NCBI GenBank assembly: GCA_031364965.1
Contig: JANLXF010000089.1
Span: 15,709 to 79,708 of the forward strand
Direction of reading: 5' to 3'
DNA from: Actinomycetes bacterium
Lineage (GTDB): Bacteria > Actinomycetota > UBA4738 > HRBIN12
DNA: 64,000 nt
Below, piece after piece: positions 39,335 through 47,503 of the stretch. The notes beneath the pieces were generated by a model. That model ran no database searches. It was not told the DNA's origin and worked only from the letters and a program-made list of their open reading frames with translations. The position numbers were made by a program, and so were the translations under genes. Numbering within the stretch: the stretch's first letter is position 1; each line of letters starts with the position of its first letter.

Positions 39335-40069
39335 ATGCAGCGGACGCACAGATCGCGACTCGGGATCGTGGTCGTGTTCGCGATGGTCGCCACGATGGTC
39401 GCTGCGACCTCGGGCATCGCCATGGCATCGGCCGGCGCGCAGGCGCGGGCGTCGGCCAATCGGCTGAAGGACTCAGACGGCGACGGCATGCCGAACCGGT
39501 GGGAGCGGGCGCACCACACGAGCCCGCACCGCCGCGACGCCAAGGCGGATCCTGACAAGGACGCGCTGAAGAACCTGGGTGAATACCGCCAGCGCACGCT
39601 ACCGTACAAGCCGGACACGGATCGTGACGGGCTGTACGACGGCGCCGAGGTCAAGCAGTTCCATAGCGACCCGAAGGACGCTGACTCGGACGACGATGGC
39701 GTCGAGGACGGTTCGGAGGACACGGACGACGACGGCGTCGTCGACGAGGGCGAGGACGGCGACCACCAGGGGTTCGTCGGCACGATCATCTCGTTCGACG
39801 CCGACACCGGTCGCCTGCTGTTCGAGAGCGTCCTGGGGTGGCCCGTGACGGCGGAGATCACCGACGAGACACGGATCCTCGTGTCCGAGGACTGTCAGGG
39901 CGACGAAGGCGGCGACGAGAGCGGTGACGCTCCGGTGGTCAGGTGTGACGCCGCGCTCCTGCAGGAAGGGCAGGACATCGTCGAGATCGGGTTCGCGTCG
40001 GGATCTGACCACGGCGTGCCCGTGGTCAGGTGGATCGTGCTCGCCTGCCCATGGCAGTCGGGCATCTGA
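39335..40069 (+). CDS. Secreted calcium-binding protein with thrombospondin-type-3-like DxDxDG repeats
   Basis: Signal peptide MQRTHRSRLGIVVVFAMVATMVAATSGIAMA. Repeats DSDGDGMPNRWE, DTDRDGLYDGAE, DADSDDDGVEDG and DTDDDGVVDEGEDGD. Confidence 0.7.
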   Translation: MQRTHRSRLGIVVVFAMVATMVAATSGIAMASAGAQARASANRLKDSDGDGMPNRWERAHHTSPHRRDAKADPDKDALKNLGEYRQRTLPYKPDTDRDGLYDGAEVKQFHSDPKDADSDDDGVEDGSEDTDDDGVVDEGEDGDHQGFVGTIISFDADTGRLLFESVLGWPVTAEITDETRILVSEDCQGDEGGDESGDAPVVRCDAALLQEGQDIVEIGFASGSDHGVPVVRWIVLACPWQSGI

Positions 40070-40162
40070 TCCGCTGAGGTTGCGCAGAGGGGGCGCATCG
40101 TCCGGGTGGGTGGGGAATCCGACGGCCCCGCCCGCCCGGCGTCTTCGGTCGTCGTCAGTGTC

Positions 40163-40555
40163 TTAGCTCTTGGTCTCCCAGAAGATCTTCGCGAGCTCGT
40201 CGATCGCATCGAGGAGCTGCTGCCCCTGGGCCGGGTCGACCGACTTCTTCGACTCGCCCGCGAGCTTCGCGGCCTTCCAGAACTTGTCGTGGAGGTCGGG
40301 GAACTTCTCGAGGTGCTCGGGCTTGAAGTAGTCGGTCCACAGCACCCAGAGATGCTCTTTGACCATCGTCGCGCGCTCTTCCTTGATCGCGACCGCCCGC
40401 CCACGGAACACCGGGTCCTCGTTCCCCTGGTACTTCTCCTGGCAGCCCTTGACCGACTCGGCCTCGATGCGAGCCTGGGCGGGGTCGTACACCCCGCAGG
40501 GCAGGTCGCAGTGCGCGTGGACGGATCGGTGCGGCTTGAGGAATGCTTCGAGCAT
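40163..40555 (-). CDS. sodN: Nickel-containing superoxide dismutase precursor
   Basis: After a 14-aa leader MLEAFLKPHRSVHA comes the Ni-hook HCDLPCGVYDP. The full length aligns to Streptomyces NiSOD (...VLWTDYFKP...IFWETK). Confidence 0.95.
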   Translation of the reverse strand: MLEAFLKPHRSVHAHCDLPCGVYDPAQARIEAESVKGCQEKYQGNEDPVFRGRAVAIKEERATMVKEHLWVLWTDYFKPEHLEKFPDLHDKFWKAAKLAGESKKSVDPAQGQQLLDAIDELAKIFWETKS

Positions 40556-41015
40556 GGAACGGCCTCCTTCTGACGACGTCTCGACCGAAACCTACCACCG
40601 GGGTCGGAAACGGGTGGCGGCCCTTACGACGGGGGTGTCGGTGGCGGCAGGGGTCACCTGGGCCTGTCTTCGATTCCGGCCTCAGCGCGTCGAGATCGAA
40701 GGGGGCTCGATGGCCCCGACCCTGGCCCCGGGCGATTGGGCGCTCGCCATCGTGCCGCGTCGGTTCGCGCGTGGCGACGTCGTCGTCGTGGAACACCCGG
40801 GCCGCCCCGGGTACGAGATGGTCAAGCGACTGACGGGCGTACCCGGCGACGCGGTGGGTGAACGGGTCCTCGGCCCCGACGAGTTCTGGGTCGAGGGCGA
40901 CCACGAACCTGCCTCGACCGACAGCCGTCACTTCGGGCCGGTGCGAGCGGGCGCGATCAAGGCGAAGGTACCGCTCGTCTACGGTCCGGGCGAGCGGCGT
41001 CACCTGGTTCGATGA
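40554..41015 (+). CDS. sodX: NiSOD maturation peptidase SodX (S26 signal-peptidase-like)
   Basis: S26 catalytic motif EGGSMAPTL and GDHEPASTDSR. Divergent to sodN. The ATG at 40554 overlaps the sodN start (CATG). An alternative in-frame GTG at 40614 would leave a 58-bp divergent promoter. Confidence 0.8.
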   Translation: MERPPSDDVSTETYHRGRKRVAALTTGVSVAAGVTWACLRFRPQRVEIEGGSMAPTLAPGDWALAIVPRRFARGDVVVVEHPGRPGYEMVKRLTGVPGDAVGERVLGPDEFWVEGDHEPASTDSRHFGPVRAGAIKAKVPLVYGPGERRHLVR

Positions 41016-41083
41016 GGGCGGAGTGGGCGGCCCCCTCCCGGGTGCCGCCCTCTCCCTCCAACGACTCGGCACCGCCCGCCGCG

Positions 41084-42436
41084 CTAAGCCTCGCAGCGCT
41101 TGACGATGTCGCCCGGGCCCACCAGGCAGGTGTCGGTCCCGGTGCCGCCGTCAAGGCTGTCCTTGCCACCCTTGCCGTTCAGCGTGTCGTCGCCTCCCAG
41201 TCCCGAGATCGCGTCGGCGCCGCCCTGGCCGAGCAGTGTGTTCGCGTGGCCGTCGCCGGTGAGGAGGTCGTTGAAGCGTGAGCCGAGGACGTTCTCGATC
41301 GCGATCAGCACGTCGTTGCCCTTGCCGGTCTGCTTCACGTTCAAGATCGCGATGACCTTCGCCGTCGAGTTCTTGTAGGTGATCGTGTCGTTGCCCTGGC
41401 GTCCGTTCAGTTTGTTCAGACGGTTGCCGTCGATGAACCGGTCGTCGCCGGCGCCGGTCGCGATCCGCTCGATCGACTCGAAGTGATCGGTTCCCTGACC
41501 GGTGACCACCCGTGACCCGAGGTTCACGACGAGGCCGCCGGCCCCCGTGAAGTCCAGGAAGTCGCGCTTGCCCGCGCCGCCCCGGATCGTGTCGTCTCCG
41601 GCTCCCGGCCGGAACGTGTCCGCCCCGCCCCTGCCCTCGAGCACGTCGTTGCCGACGCCCCCGAGCAACGTGTCGGCGAGGGAGGTCCCGATGACGTGTT
41701 CGACGCCGGTGATCTGGTCGTTGGGCCCGGGTCCCGTGTTGGCGACACCGTCGTTGTAGACGAGTCGGGCGGTGTTGCGGAAGTAGTCGATGGTGTCCTT
41801 GTCGTCGCCGCCGATCATCGTGATGCCGCCGTTCCCGTTCCCGATGAAGCGGTAGTTGTCGGGGCCTGCGTCATAGGTGCCACCGATCGCGCCCGTTCCG
41901 CCGATCAGCGAGATCTGGTCGCGCCCGAACGACGTGGTGGCCCCCGTGAGCACCGCGCCGCCGCTCACGAGCAGATCGAAGTCCTTCGGCTTCTCCCGGG
42001 CGTTCAGGTTGACCTTCTTGGCCCCGAACGTGATCCGGTCGATCCGGTTACCGCCCTGCACCTGGACGTCACCGCCGTTGCCGCCCGCGTCGGCGGTGAT
42101 CTCGATCTCGGACCTGCCCGTCGACTCCTTCGTCGCGCCGGGCGCGAGCGGCCCGTTCGCCAGCGAGATCGTCACCGTGTTGAACCCGTTGTTCCCGGTG
42201 ATCGTGATCGTGTCCGTGTTCTTGACGGTGGCCGAACCACAGAGCGCGCCGCCGACCGTGATGCCGTCGGCTCCCGTCTCGCGCTCGACGGTCGTCGAGT
42301 CCGATCCTCCGAGGGTGATGGTGACCTCCTGTGCTCCTGCGTCGTACGAACAGTTCACGGCCGCGGAGGCGGGGATCGGCGTGAGCAGCGCGACCAGGAG
42401 GCCGGCCGCTGCGGCGGGCAGCGTTCGAAGCTTCAT
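41084..42436 (-). CDS. Secreted RTX-type (hemolysin-type) calcium-binding repeat protein
   Basis: The ATG at 42436 gives the signal peptide MKLRTLPAAAAGLLVALLTPIPASA. Multiple GGxGxDxUx nonapeptides are present (GGVGNDVLEGRGGADTF; GQGGADAISGLGGDDTLNGKGGKDSLDGGTGTD). Confidence 0.8.
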   Translation of the reverse strand: MKLRTLPAAAAGLLVALLTPIPASAAVNCSYDAGAQEVTITLGGSDSTTVERETGADGITVGGALCGSATVKNTDTITITGNNGFNTVTISLANGPLAPGATKESTGRSEIEITADAGGNGGDVQVQGGNRIDRITFGAKKVNLNAREKPKDFDLLVSGGAVLTGATTSFGRDQISLIGGTGAIGGTYDAGPDNYRFIGNGNGGITMIGGDDKDTIDYFRNTARLVYNDGVANTGPGPNDQITGVEHVIGTSLADTLLGGVGNDVLEGRGGADTFRPGAGDDTIRGGAGKRDFLDFTGAGGLVVNLGSRVVTGQGTDHFESIERIATGAGDDRFIDGNRLNKLNGRQGNDTITYKNSTAKVIAILNVKQTGKGNDVLIAIENVLGSRFNDLLTGDGHANTLLGQGGADAISGLGGDDTLNGKGGKDSLDGGTGTDTCLVGPGDIVKRCEA

Positions 42437-42617
42437 CAGTGGGGGGGATCCTTCCGATGGGGGTGTGGGCACCTGCAATCATCCACAGCGAAGGGCGCAG
42501 AGTCATCGGCCGAAAGTCCGTGAGACTCGGACGGCGTGCCGAACCGATGGCGCGCTGCGGCCAAAGGCGGGGTACGGTGAGGTCAAGAAGCTCGGCCTCG
42601 GTCCCGACCAACTCCCT

Positions 42618-43457
42618 GTGAGCCTTCCCCCGCCGTTCGGTGTCCCGCCCCGCCCCGACCTCGGGGGCGAACGCTTCCCGCCGCCTCCCGCCGGGCCGCG
42701 CACGCCTGATCGCCAGGCGCCCTCGCCGCCCCGGCGGTCCGCTTTCCCCGTCCTCGTTGCGCTCCTGGTGGTTGGTGCGCTCGTGGGGGCGTTGGTGGAT
42801 CCGCTCCTGGGCTCCACGACGGTCGAGCCGAGCGCCGTCGGCGCGAAGGGCGATTACTCGTTCATCCACACCCACGGCGGCGACCCCACCCGCTGGAACC
42901 CCTGTGAGCCGATCCACTACGTCCTGGGTCGCGCCGGGCTCACGGAAGGCGGGATCCAGGATGTCCGTGGAGCGATCGAGCGTCTGACCGACGTCACGAG
43001 GGTGTCGTTCACCTATGACGGCCTCACCGACGAGACGCCGAGCCGCGGCCGGGAGCCGTACCAGCCCGATCGGTACGGATCCCGGTGGGCTCCCGTGCTG
43101 ATCGCGTGGGTGGATCCGGCCACCACGGACATCTCCTTCGACGATGACGGGCAGGTGGTGGCGGCCGTGGCGACGCCGCAGGTGGCGAACCCCGACGACG
43201 ACGACACGTACGTGACCGGTTGGATCGCCGTGAACGCCGACGATCCGAACCCGTCCGGCTTCCGCCTCCCCGGCATGCAGGGACCGGTCGTCCTCCACGA
43301 GCTCGCGCATCTGCTCGGCCTCGGCCACGCCGAGTCCAACGGGAATTTGATGGAGCCCTCGGGTGGCGGTGTCACCTCGTTCGGGCCCGGCGACCTCGCG
43401 GGGCTCGAGCTGCTGAGTCGCGACGCGGGCTGCCTGCCGAGTCCACCGATCCCCTAG
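42618..43457 (+). CDS. Membrane-anchored metzincin-type zinc metalloprotease (start uncertain)
   Basis: HELAHLLGLGH matches HExxHxxGxxH. A Pro-rich N-terminus, a TM helix AFPVLVALLVVGALVGAL, and then the catalytic domain. The first in-frame start is the GTG at 42618 with no strong SD. Confidence 0.65.
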   Translation: MSLPPPFGVPPRPDLGGERFPPPPAGPRTPDRQAPSPPRRSAFPVLVALLVVGALVGALVDPLLGSTTVEPSAVGAKGDYSFIHTHGGDPTRWNPCEPIHYVLGRAGLTEGGIQDVRGAIERLTDVTRVSFTYDGLTDETPSRGREPYQPDRYGSRWAPVLIAWVDPATTDISFDDDGQVVAAVATPQVANPDDDDTYVTGWIAVNADDPNPSGFRLPGMQGPVVLHELAHLLGLGHAESNGNLMEPSGGGVTSFGPGDLAGLELLSRDAGCLPSPPIP

Positions 43458-43646
43458 GTCCCGGTTGGACCTGGTCGGAATAGCTGCCGTGGGGTACGCT
43501 GTTGCACCTGCAAATGATCTGCACACGCGAAGCCGGCATCGTGGGGGCCATGATCCCCGATCGCCTCTGCTGTCAGTCCTGACACAGAGGACGTTTCGCG
43601 CAGCCCCGCACCATCCCCGCTCCTCACGCTTCCGGAGGTTTCCCGT

Positions 43647-43880
43647 ATGTCCACGACCGTTACCACCACCGTCGACGCCCGCGGCCAGTCGTGCCCCGGC
43701 CCGCTCGTCTCGCTCGCGAAGGCGTTGAAGGACGCGCGGTCGGGCGATCTGCTCGAGCTGCTCGCCACCGACCCCGGCTCCAGGTCCGATGTCCCGAGCT
43801 GGGCCGAGATCAGCGGTAACGAGCTGCTCGAGTCGGCCGAGACCGGCGACGGCTACCGCTACCTGGTCAGGAAGGTCTGA
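43647..43880 (+). CDS. tusA: TusA-like sulfurtransferase
   Basis: 77 aa with the CPxP motif (DARGQSCPGPLV). SD ggagg precedes the ATG. Confidence 0.85.
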   Translation: MSTTVTTTVDARGQSCPGPLVSLAKALKDARSGDLLELLATDPGSRSDVPSWAEISGNELLESAETGDGYRYLVRKV

Positions 43881-43882
43881 GC

Positions 43883-44452
43883 GTGGCCACGACCGAAGAT
43901 CGGATCGAGGCACCGACGTACGCGGAGTTGCTCACGCGGATCGAGGCGCTCGAGGCTGCCCAGAGCCCGATCAAGAAGAAGAACAAGCTCACGATCATCG
44001 CGTGGGGGGGCGACCTCGACCGGATCTGGCCGACGACGATCCTCGCCACGACCGCCGCGGCGAGCGGGATGGAGTCCAGCGTCTTCTTCACGTTCTGGGG
44101 GCTGTTCGCGATCGTGAAGCCGGGAGTCCGCATCACCGGCGACAACTGGATGCAGAAGATGATGTCGGCGATGAACCCGGGCTCGGCGCAGAAGGCGAAG
44201 CTTTCGCACTACCACTTCGCCGGCGCCGGCCCCGCGATGTTCAAGAAGCTGGCCTCCGACCGGCAGGTCGCCAAGCCCGAGGAGCTGATCGAGACCGCCA
44301 AGGATCTCGGCGTGCGGCTGATCCCGTGTCAGATGACGATGGACCTGCTGGGCCTCAAGTCAGAGGACCTGATCGATGGGCTCGAGGAGCCGATCGGAGC
44401 CGCGACGGCGATCGCCGAGATGCGCGATGCCGCCGTGTCATTGTTCATCTGA
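43883..44452 (+). CDS. DsrE/DsrF-like (DsrE2-type) sulfur-relay family protein
   Basis: 189 aa. Translationally coupled to tusA (SD aggaagg, GTG start). DsrE-fold motifs with conserved Cys (LIPCQMTMDL). Confidence 0.7.
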   Translation: MATTEDRIEAPTYAELLTRIEALEAAQSPIKKKNKLTIIAWGGDLDRIWPTTILATTAAASGMESSVFFTFWGLFAIVKPGVRITGDNWMQKMMSAMNPGSAQKAKLSHYHFAGAGPAMFKKLASDRQVAKPEELIETAKDLGVRLIPCQMTMDLLGLKSEDLIDGLEEPIGAATAIAEMRDAAVSLFI

Positions 44453-44454
44453 GG

Positions 44455-45120
44455 TCAGGGCACCCACTGCTGGGCGATGCGAACGATCTCGCCGCCCGTC
44501 ACCCTGATCCACCAGCCCCAGTGCTCCATGTTGGGGTAGTCGGTCTGCGCGGTCCCGTTCACGGCCGCGCTCCACGCGTCGAGATCCCCGGCTTTCAGGT
44601 AGCAGCACGTCCCGTCAGGGACGTAGCGAACGATCGCGTCGGGTGACAGAGGCATCGTCCGCAGCGTGGGATTGTCGTTCACGATGTAGTAGTCGTTGGG
44701 CACGGGCACCTCGCCCCCGTGCTCGGCGGCCGCTTCGTTCGCGGCTTCGCCACGGAGGAAATAGGCCAGGTCGAACGTCAATGCCGGGGTGGAGCTCCCG
44801 GAGACCGCCGTGGCGTACACGTAGTAGCGACCGTCGGGGAGCGCGTCGCCGGCGGGCTCGGGCGAGACGCTCTCGCTCGCCTCCTCCGAATGGCTCTCGC
44901 TCGGCTCGGGCGAGGTCGACGACGACGATGCCGGGGACTCGCTCGAGGGGGTCGAAGGCGTCGGGCTCGCCTGGGTGTCGGTGCCTCGGCTCGCCACAAC
45001 GTATCCGAGCCCGAACGTCCCCAACGCGATCAGCGCGGCGGCGATGACGGCGATCGCGCGGTTGCGCCGCGCCCGTCCCTCGGTCGTCTGCCGTCCGTGT
45101 CCGTTGTCGCGCGCCGACAT
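44455..45120 (-). CDS. Membrane-anchored hypothetical protein with Ser/Pro-rich linker
   Basis: The ATG at 45120 gives MSARDNGH...RNRAIAVIAAALIALGTFGLGYVV (TM), then an S/P/E-rich low-complexity linker and a C-terminal globular domain. Confidence 0.55.
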   Translation of the reverse strand: MSARDNGHGRQTTEGRARRNRAIAVIAAALIALGTFGLGYVVASRGTDTQASPTPSTPSSESPASSSSTSPEPSESHSEEASESVSPEPAGDALPDGRYYVYATAVSGSSTPALTFDLAYFLRGEAANEAAAEHGGEVPVPNDYYIVNDNPTLRTMPLSPDAIVRYVPDGTCCYLKAGDLDAWSAAVNGTAQTDYPNMEHWGWWIRVTGGEIVRIAQQWVP

Positions 45121-45208
45121 GCGTTCCTCCCGCGGCGTTCGCCGTCTCGACCTCTGCTCACGATAGCTGGTCCCCAGGGGCGAGCCGCACATGTCCCGCA
45201 CGGAGTGG

Positions 45209-45233
45209 TGATAGTTAGCGTTGCGAACTATCA
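45209..45233. promoter_or_regulatory. Perfect 8-bp inverted repeat TGATAGTT-N9-AACTATCA overlapping the marR start (candidate MarR operator)
   Basis: Direct reading. The palindrome ends at the A of the marR ATG. Confidence 0.6.
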
Positions 45234-45688
45234 TGGTGGGCATGACCGCTGCGCCCCTCGCCACCATCGATCTGCCGGCCCTCGCGGCGCACCTTCGCAT
45301 CTCGGTGTTCCGGACCGCCCGCAGGCTGCGGTACCAGGGCCACGCCGGGATCACGCCCACCCTGCTGGCGGCGCTCGCTACGATCGAGCAGCACGGCCCG
45401 ATGACGCCGGGCGCGCTCGCGGCTCACGAGCACATCCGCAAGCCGACGACCACCCGCATCATCGGTTCCCTCGCCGAGCTGGCGTTGATCGAGCGCACGC
45501 CCGACCCGCTGGACGGGCGTGTGTCCTGGGTGCAGATCACGGCCGCGGGACGCAAACTCCTGCAGCGTGTCCGCCGTCGCCACGACGCCTATCTGTCGGA
45601 TCGCCTCAAGCGGCTGACGCCCGATGAGCTCGAAACCCTCGGCAACGCCGCCGACATCCTCGATCGGATGACCGAGGCCGACCGATGA
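45233..45688 (+). CDS. MarR-family transcriptional regulator
   Basis: Winged HTH (GPMTPGALAAHEHIRKPTTTRIIGSLAELALIERTPDPLDGRV). The stop overlaps the MFS start (ATGA). Confidence 0.88.
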   Translation: MVGMTAAPLATIDLPALAAHLRISVFRTARRLRYQGHAGITPTLLAALATIEQHGPMTPGALAAHEHIRKPTTTRIIGSLAELALIERTPDPLDGRVSWVQITAAGRKLLQRVRRRHDAYLSDRLKRLTPDELETLGNAADILDRMTEADR

Positions 45689-46935
45689 GCCCGCGCGTGG
45701 ACGCGGCCGTCCGTCGCACCTTCTCCTCGCTCAGTTCGTCGCGCAATTTCCGGCTGTATCTGTTCGGGCAGCTGATCTCGGCGATCGGTACGTGGATGAA
45801 CTTCACGGCGTCGGCCTGGCTCGTCCTGCGGCTCACCGACAGCGGGACGGCCCTCGGTGCGAACGTCGCCCTCTACTTCCTCCCGGTCTTGCTCGTCGGC
45901 GCCTACGGCGGCGTCTTGGCCGATCGTTTCGACAAGCGCCGGATCCTGATCTGGACCCAGTCGGCCTACGCGGTCGTCGCACTCACGATGTGGGGGTTCG
46001 TGGCCACCGACCTGGTCAAGGGCCACATCTGGATCGTCTTCCTCCTGTCCCTGGCCTCGGGGTTCGTGACGGCGATCGACAATCCGTCGCGCCAGAGCTT
46101 CTACGTCGAGATGGTGGGCGAGGAGCACGTGCGGAACGCCGTGAGTTTGAACAGCGCCGCCTTCACCGGCTCCCGGGTCATCGGGCCGGCAGTGGCGGGC
46201 GTGTTGATCGCCACGGTCGGGATAGCGACGTGCTTCCTGATCGACGGCATCTCCTACGTCGCGGTCCTGACGGCGCTGCTGTTGATGCGCTCGGCCGAGC
46301 TGCACCCCCAGACACGCAGCACTCGGGAGAAAGGTCATCTCGTCGCCGGCCTGAAGTACGTGTGGCGAACCGACGAGCTCCGTCGCCCGCTCATCGCGAT
46401 GGCCGTGGTGTTCACGTTCGCGTTCAACTTCGCGGTGTTCGTGCCGCTTCTCGCGGATCGCACCTTCCGAGGCGACGCCGGCACGTTCGGGATGCTCTCG
46501 GCGCTCGCCGGGGTCGGGTCGTTCCTCGGAGCGATGACGATGGCGAGCCGTGCGGCGGAGCCGCAGATGCGGGGACTCGCCCTCTGGTCGGTCGCGGCCG
46601 GGGTCGCGCTCGCGATGGCCGGGCTCGCCCCCACCCTCGCGATCGCCGCGGTCGCGATGATCCCGATGGGCTTCGCGATCATGGCCTTCATGATCACGGG
46701 CAACACGATGCTGCAGCTCAGGGCGCTCCCGCAGGCGCGCGGGCGCGTCATGGCGCTCTACGGGATCGTGTTCCTGGGGTCCACGCCGATCGGGGCGCCC
46801 ATCGCCGGGGTGATCGGTCAACGGCTGGGGCCGCAGGTGGGGTTCGTGCTGAGCGGACTCGTCGCTGCGGGTCTCGGAGTGGGGTTGCTCTGGGCGAGGC
46901 GCCGGGTGGCCGAGGCGGCGCCCGTACCGGTCTGA
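45685..46935 (+). CDS. MFS transporter (MarR-associated efflux pump)
   Basis: 416 aa with 12 TM segments and MFS motifs. Confidence 0.88.
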   Translation: MSPRVDAAVRRTFSSLSSSRNFRLYLFGQLISAIGTWMNFTASAWLVLRLTDSGTALGANVALYFLPVLLVGAYGGVLADRFDKRRILIWTQSAYAVVALTMWGFVATDLVKGHIWIVFLLSLASGFVTAIDNPSRQSFYVEMVGEEHVRNAVSLNSAAFTGSRVIGPAVAGVLIATVGIATCFLIDGISYVAVLTALLLMRSAELHPQTRSTREKGHLVAGLKYVWRTDELRRPLIAMAVVFTFAFNFAVFVPLLADRTFRGDAGTFGMLSALAGVGSFLGAMTMASRAAEPQMRGLALWSVAAGVALAMAGLAPTLAIAAVAMIPMGFAIMAFMITGNTMLQLRALPQARGRVMALYGIVFLGSTPIGAPIAGVIGQRLGPQVGFVLSGLVAAGLGVGLLWARRRVAEAAPVPV

Positions 46936-47136
46936 GGATCCTCACCGAAGCGGTCGGTGCGTGGAGGCCGACGGGTCCCGGACGGTGGCCGGTGACGGTG
47001 ACCGAGGGGGGTCGTCACCTGTGCGTACGGGGAGGGGGTACCGCTACCACCGCCCGGGATGTCGGGTACTGCGTGGCGCCGGGGGGCGCCGTCGGGGGTC
47101 GTCCGGGAGGCTCTCGCAGCGTCCCGGTCGGTCCGA

Positions 47137-47307
47137 CTAGAAGCCGGCCTTCGAGCTCATCGCCCGCTCGGCGGAGAGGACGATCACGTCGCGCTCCTCC
47201 TTGGAGAAGGCGAGCATCGCCGCGTACCAGCTGGGCTCGTAGGCCAGCTGGCTGCAGTCCGTGCAGCTGTCCACTTCGCCTGCTCCGTGTGTCGCGTGAT
47301 CGCCCAT
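47137..47307 (-). CDS. Small CxxC protein (56 aa) of unknown function
   Basis: The ATG at 47307 has a strong SD cggaggacacg. Sequence MGDHATHGAGEVDSCTDCSQLAYEPSWYAAML.... Confidence 0.5.
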   Translation of the reverse strand: MGDHATHGAGEVDSCTDCSQLAYEPSWYAAMLAFSKEERDVIVLSAERAMSSKAGF

Positions 47308-47503
47308 CGTGTCCTCCGAGTGCCGTCTTGACTGGTGCATCGTGCTCCTGAACCGCCCGGGAATGAATACCCGAGGGGAGGGGAACTTAGCTACCACAAG
47401 CTAAGTAATCAGAACTACGTACGGTGCCGTAGGTAGTCATCTCTGTCAAGGGGCGGCAGGGCGTCTCAGGATTGGGCTCAGGGCGAAGACAGGCGACGAC
47501 AGA

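Noticed and set aside
43458-43646. Possible tRNA or small RNA in the 190-bp tusA leader
   Set aside because: No cloverleaf-compatible arms, no T-loop GTTCRANYC motif and no CCA end. Treated as promoter/leader only.
42069-43913. 614-aa minus ORF antisense to the metzincin and tusA
   Set aside because: Antisense artefact crossing an intergenic region.
45589-47351. ORFs 45589..46821(-) and 45792..47351(+) overlapping the MFS gene
   Set aside because: Antisense or out-of-frame. The MFS frame has TM periodicity and operon coupling to marR.
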